From the NCBI GenBank assembly GCA_000165425.1, contig CT868063.1, positions 496,001-560,000 on the forward strand: 64,000 bases of DNA. The letters run 5' to 3'. The position numbers and the translations under genes were made by a program. The notes under the pieces are model-generated. The model saw only the letters and a list, made by a program, of their open reading frames with translations, searched no databases and was not told where the DNA came from. How positions within the stretch are numbered: position 1 is the first letter of the stretch; the number at the start of each line of letters is the position of its first letter. This stretch comes from Paramecium tetraurelia (Eukaryota). Of the stretch, positions 58,081 through 64,000 are shown piece after piece.

Positions 58081-58461
58081 CTATTCCATTAAATTAAACA
58101 AACGAAATAACATATTATTATTAAAATTCATAGTTATAGTTATATACTATGTGTATATCTTCAGATTTTTCGGATTAAAATAATTATTCGATTATTGTCC
58201 TCATAATTATAATTTTAGATTGTATTATTCCACTTTTAAGACTATTATTTGAAATCCTAAGTAACTCTATTTCTATTTCCGACAGAATTTACATAGGAAT
58301 CAACTATTTACTTATAGGGAAGGGAAGAAGGAAATAAAGGAATTGTTTCAATTAATTTCACAAATAAAATACTGAATTTAATACTGACAAAGATGAGTAG
58401 TTATTAAATTTTTAATCTTAAAGAGTTAAGAGCATATTTAGCTATATATAATTAAATTTAA

Positions 58462-58704
58462 AATAGTAAAATTCGATGGGTTGCTCTTTACAGAAATCTT
58501 GTAATAATAACCTTGCAAAGCAACGACTCTCTATTAATATACACACATGTAATAGGGCATTCTCATTAAATTTAGTAACACCGGGTAAAAAACCGAGTCT
58601 GGATGTTTTTAACCCTACATTAGGGAAAATTGTATCGGTCCCAGTACTAGTACCCGCTTCTAAAAGTAGCATAGTGATGAGAAGAAGCACACAATTGACT
58701 ATAG
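58462..58704. ncRNA. Candidate structured ncRNA of unknown family
   Basis: Intergenic island richer in GC than its flanks, with nested stems: ATAGT/ACTAT ends, GTTGCT/AGCAAC, CTATTA/TAATAG, TTCTCATTA/TGATGAGAA, CCCTA/TAGGG. Confidence 0.5.
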
Positions 58705-58736
58705 GATAATGAATTAGTATTGATTTTGATAATATT

Positions 58737-58738
58737 TA

Positions 58739-58756
<18 letters not shown>
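58737..58756. repeat. (TA)n microsatellite
   Basis: About 10 TA units. Confidence 0.85.
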
Positions 58757-58769
<13 letters not shown>

Positions 58770-58783
58770 TGTATTAGATATTT

Positions 58784-61700
58784 ATGGAACCTAGGCTTCC
58801 TCAATATACTTAATTTTTTATAGTGATCAATAATCTAGTGAATGAGAAGGTAATTGATAAAAAATAAAAAACTGAATTAGAATAAAGCATTTTAAGAAAG
58901 GATAAAAACATAATGGAGATAGTTAGCAAATATGGAAACAAAGATATGTAAGATAACAACAGAGTATGAATTATAGGGAATAATAATTTTGCGAAAAGTT
59001 AGTTTAGTATGCCAATCAAAGATAAAAGGACACTTATGTGCCACATATTAAACATTTAGAAAAAAACAAAAGTAACAAATTTAGTGTGAGTGCTCGTTAA
59101 ATCTCGTTTTAGCAAGATGATCCAATAGTAGAGAACAAATAAGAAGTATCACATGTGTTAAACTAGTCATTATCTCCTTTCATTTTGCAACTAATTGAAT
59201 AACTTGACACCATGCTTTCAATACACATGACAAATGGAGGACACTTTGTTCCTATCGATGTCGAGAAGTTAACTCAATTGAGGGATTAAATAAACAAATA
59301 TTTGGGGATTCAATATGAATAAGAATTAGATAATGAATCACCAGTAAGATGTAGAAATATTAGTGTTTGTGGCAGAGTTATTTCAGAGCAATAAGATGAT
59401 AAATCAGATTAAGTTGATACTAGTGTTCAGTTAAAAAGTAAATATCATCTTCAAATAATCAGTTAAATTAAATAAACATATGTTCAATTAAAAGTATAAA
59501 TAATTCAAATATTCTAGAGTCTATTTTTGGGAAGTTTACATACACATTACCTATTAATGTAGGAGGAATTATCATATAATAATTTGGTGAACGTCGTCAA
59601 GTCGATTATTAAAGAATTAACTGATTCTGATGAAATTTACTTTCTGATTAAAAGAAATGATGAGTGGGATTTCTATTCGACTGAAAAGGATTCCATCAAA
59701 TAGATTGAGAAATATAAGCAATAAGTGTTTTTCTTAAACTTTTCGCATCTCAAACCTAACATTGTTTATAACTTTTAAAATAATGAAAAATAAACCAAGT
59801 AATTAGAACTGGTATTGGATTTGAATTCTTAGTTCACTGAACTTTCCATTATAAGATTCATCAATCAGAATAAACAAGAAACCTTTTTCTTCTTCTATTG
59901 GAACAAGCCTGGCAGAAATAAATTGTTGAGAAGATTTATAAAGTACAATATTTGATTTAATAAAAGTGAAGCTAATGAATATGGATTCAAAGATGAAGTC
60001 TTGTCTTTAACCAATTTCTTGATTGATGTAATCATGTAAGCAAGAGTGCAATACTTTAATCCAGTGTAGTTTGCAGATTAAATTCTGGATATAGCCCTAA
60101 GTTTCGTGGAGTCATCCCAATATATCTTGATTGACGAAATGTTCAGAGCTTTGGATCCTCATTTCAAAATTAAGAAGGATTATGCTTTTTCTGAGGACGG
60201 AAGATAGAAGATAGACATGGAGAATTCCGTGAGAATAGAGATGGAATGCAGGAATCCGATTGCTTTGATTTTGGAAGAGTTTTATCTAAATAGAGAGGAT
60301 CATTAATATATTTATACAGAGATATTGAATTTGAAATCCAAATACTAGAGACATTTGAGATTGTGTCATGAGAAAACTGCATATTACAAATACTTTTTGA
60401 GATCTTCTGATACAATCCTATTTGATTTTGATAAAAATGGAAGACTGCTATTTTTGAATCATTACATTTGGGAGACTCTCAAATAGAAATACAATATTTA
60501 ATTCTCTCCAGATAAACGGACTCCAAATTATAAAGAGTTGTTTATGGATGAAAGAATCCTCAGGTATATAGATTTGGATGAATTTATGATGAAAAAGAAG
60601 AATGAGTACATCCAGCATGAGGACTTTGAAATCTTCTTGAAGGTGGTTGATCAAGTTTACAAGGGATTTGTGATTATATTTCATCTGCAAGAAGGATCCA
60701 GAATGAAGGATTACATAAAGAATTTGAAAAATGAAGAGCAATTGGAAGATGAGATCAAATAATCCATTCAACGTTCCTATAACAAACATTAAACATTCAA
60801 ATTCATATCCCAATTACAGAAGTCGAATCCTAGTGTTAAGAACTCTTATATTTCTTTGTTCATACCCGAGGAATCATCTTTAGATAATTAAGACCAACAA
60901 TAATAGTCAAATAATTCATTGCAGCCTATCAAAACAAGAAAGCCCAGATTGAGTATCCAAATGTTGGGTAAGTAAATCAAGGCATTCAATTATCAACCGT
61001 CTAAATAACGTATAAAATCTATAGAGTCAGCATTGGAGATTGAGGAGGATGATGATTTGGACACATTATATGAGGACAAGACAATCGATAAATTTGAATT
61101 TAACATTTTCTCTGTAATTATATAGTTTTATTGACGAATAGTATTAGGAAAATATGAAGGCAAAGTTGGTGTATCATATAGTTAAGAAAAACGATTGGAT
61201 TGACAATTATGATATGAGTGAGGAGGTTTTGATGAAGTTTATTAAGGAAGTCGAGAGAAAATATAATAAGAGGAAGAACCCTTTTCATAATTTCGATCAC
61301 GGGATAACTGTAATGCATAGTTGTCATTTCTTGTGTTCTTTGCCAAGAGCACATCAGTATTTGAGTGAGATTGTGCATTTTGCAACTGTGATTTCAGGGT
61401 TATGCCATGATATTTCTCATACAGGACGAACGAATCAATTTGAAATCAATAGCAAAAGCAAATTGGCCACAAGATACTTGGACAAAGAAGTGTAAGCTAT
61501 TTGATTTGATAGTTAGCCTCTGGAGAATCATCATGCAGCAGTGACATTGAGATTGTTGAATTAGGATAAGTACAATATACTGTCTGGATTGAGTGTGGAG
61601 GATTTGGCAATTTTCAGATAGACTCTAATTGAAAATATTCTATTCACAGATATTAAATAACATTTTGGATTAATAAAGGATTTTGAGTAAAGAGTGAAGG

Positions 61701-62130
61701 AAAGTAAGGAGAACCAAGATAAGATTTTTGGTAAGATGGATGGAGATGTCAAATTATTCACAGGGATGATAGTTCACACTTCGGATTTTAGTGGGGCTGC
61801 AAAAGTGTTTGAATTGTCGAAGGCTTGGACTGAGAAAGTCAATATGGAGTTCAAAGCGTAGTTCGATGAGGAGGGAACTCGTAACATTAACTAGACTCCT
61901 TTTATGAAAGACTTAGACAAACAGGAAATAATGGCAAAAAATGAAATGGGATTTTTCAAAGTTATTGTTAGACCGTTGTGGGCTAGTTTAAATGAGTTTT
62001 ATGTATTTTTATGCAAATTCAACATTTGTAGGATAAACAATTACAGGACATTATTGATAATGTGGAAAACACGATAATTAAGTGGGAGAAGATTTATCAT
62101 ACATATAATGAACAAGAGAAATAGGATTGA
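58784..62130 (+). CDS. Class I 3',5'-cyclic nucleotide phosphodiesterase with long N-terminal region (PAS-like segment)
   Basis: NPFHNFDHGITVMH, LCHDISHTGRTNQF, LENHH, ILFTDIKQH, VHTSDFSG, VNMEFKAQFDEE; upstream ILFDFDKNGRLLFLN. Confidence 0.93.
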
Positions 62131-62181
62131 ACTGTAAATTACATATTTCGTTTTTGAGATATTTATTTTATTTTATAATAT

Positions 62182-63194
62182 ATGAGTGAAAGAAGAGAAG
62201 AAGATACTACTCTAGTGTAAGCAGCTATCCCAGCTGCCTTGGAAGGAGCCAAAAAAGCTGAGGAAATGGAAAGAAAGATTAAAGAGTATTCATGATTTAA
62301 GATATATTTTAGAGAAGGAGGATAAAAACTTGGAGATGCAGAGAAGCAAGCAGAGGAGTAAATTCACAAGGCATAAGAAATACTCGCCTTTGCTGGAAGT
62401 TAAGCTTAAGTTGCCTAATAACAATCCTTAACTGTTGCTGCTGCATAGTATCTAGCAGGCAGCTTGTTATCAATGTTGATTCTTTAACTCGGTTTCTTTG
62501 GATCAATTCTAACCTTCATCCCATTCCTAGAATAATTGACAATCATTTTATACATAGTATCAATTTTAATTGTTCAATTCTGTCCAGGATCTGTTGATAA
62601 GGTAGTTATTCGATATATCCAATAGGTTCCTAAAAATTTCGGATTGTGCATCGTTCATTCAGCCAGTAAAATATTATTGATGGTTTACCTTACACTTCAT
62701 TTTGAATCGATCAAATTTGAATTGATACAATTAGTATTTGGTATCGTCATTCTATTTTTATTATTTTAAATTAAGAAAGGAATAAGTAATCAATTAATCC
62801 TATATTTTTAGGTGAAAATTAAGAAATTGCTTTAGTCGTTAAGAAATAATTCTTCACAGTTTTGATTATATCAGCAGTTATTTCTGGATTTTTAGGATTG
62901 TTAACAAGATCAAACTTATTTATTACTGCTATTTTAATAGTTGTAGGAGCCGGATACACTTATTATTTATAATTGGCTTTGTAAAGATTTGGCGATCACA
63001 AATACTTGTTCATTAATAAAAATGACTTGTATTTGGGTGCTGCTTAATTAGACGCAGATCTATTCTTATGGTGCAAATTGGTTGGATACCATTGCATTAA
63101 GAGAAATGAAAATGGAGCTTATGTTCCAAATTTGGAATTTGATGAGGAGAACAAATAGAAGGAACCAGAAACTTAAGAATAAAACAAAATCTGA
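62182..63194 (+). CDS. Divergent BI-1/TMBIM-like multi-pass membrane protein
   Basis: Several hydrophobic helices; KVPKNFGLC; C-terminal NDLYLGAAQLDADLF resembles the BI-1 (E/D)DY..AA..LY.D motif. Confidence 0.6.
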
Positions 63195-63270
63195 GATATT
63201 CATAAGAAAATAAAATAAACACATAATTTTTACCTTTTTTATATTGATAAGATTTAAATAATTATTTTAT

Positions 63271-64000
63271 ATGTTTGATAAACTTTGCATAAGACATTCA
63301 GATTAAATTCTTACTCATTTTTGTTCAAATCAATTGTGTCCTCAATTCCTAACATTTTATTGTACACAGTGTGAGATCTAACAATGCAATAAAAATTATC
63401 ATCTGTAATAATTTGACAATTTGAGCCATTTCATCAATAAATTAATTTTGCCTAATTTCGGTATTAATCCTGGTATCTACTTTAGACACCAAATAAATTG
63501 ACTATTGCAAACAGCAAATGAACAAAATAATTGGAAATTTTAATACAATCTAAGAAAAGATAATAAGCGATTATGATAAGGCAATTGAGAAAATACTAGA
63601 ATAGTATAATATCATTTTAATTAAGCATTTAGAATAGAAGTAGTTCATTTAAGACTGAAATCATAAGCCAAATAGATTTCCAAAAATAATACATGATAGA
63701 CAAATTAGCAGAATTCTAAAATACAATCGATAAACATTATTATGCATACAAGTAATCGTACGATAAAACTAAATCAATTCTAAATGCATAAGAAAGCAGC
63801 GTTCACATTGAAGAACATTATAAATAAATTGATATGAACTCATTATAAGAATATTATAATGTCTTATTGAGAATGCAACCTGAATTGGAAATACTCTCAG
63901 CAGAAAATAGTTTGTAACTTACAAAGGAGCAATAGATAATTGAATCATTCAATCATAATATTTACAAAGAGTTTTAGGATAAAATCATAGAATATTCAGA
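63271..64000 (+). CDS. 3'-truncated protein with N-terminal B-box-like Cys/His motif and coiled coil
   Basis: MFDKLCIRHSDQILTHFCSNQLCPQFLTFYCTQCE...; frame open to the window end. Confidence 0.7.

Noticed and set aside
58608..58626. TAACCCTA/TTAGGG as a telomerase template or telomeric seed
   Set aside because: Paramecium repeats are T2G4/T3G3, needing a CAACCCC-type template. This is a single short hairpin, not a repeat array.
58442..58709. 77-aa (+) and 82-aa (-) track ORFs over the structured island
   Set aside because: No recognisable motif, and open frames on both strands are expected in a locally GC-richer segment. The nested pairing favours an RNA, though a small protein is not fully excluded.

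Overview
This is AT-rich, gene-dense eukaryotic DNA from a ciliate, most likely a Paramecium macronuclear chromosome. Long frames open only if TAA/TAG encode Gln and TGA is the sole stop (genetic code 6). Genes carry tiny (about 20-34 nt) GT..AG introns, so the supplied standard-code ORF track shows only fragments. I resolved 33 protein genes by hand. These include a PX-domain protein, CLK/LAMMER kinase, two CAMK-like kinases, a pseudokinase, RRP36, IST1-like, MORN, 3R-Myb, TTLL6-like glutamylase, USP, YTH, dihydropyrimidine dehydrogenase, an SR protein, EF-hand/WD40, FKBP, two BI-1/TMBIM-like proteins, a P5 ATPase and a class I phosphodiesterase. RNA genes are tRNA-Ser(UGA) and a U1 snRNA with an upstream AAACCCATAA element, and there is one assembly gap. 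The most intriguing unexplained item is a ~245-nt highly base-paired segment (58462-58704) just downstream of U1 that looks like an ncRNA I cannot assign to a family. CDS coordinates run from ATG to TGA including introns, were derived by hand, and may be off at internal splice sites. I found no evidence of a prokaryotic-type system, CRISPR array or transposon.
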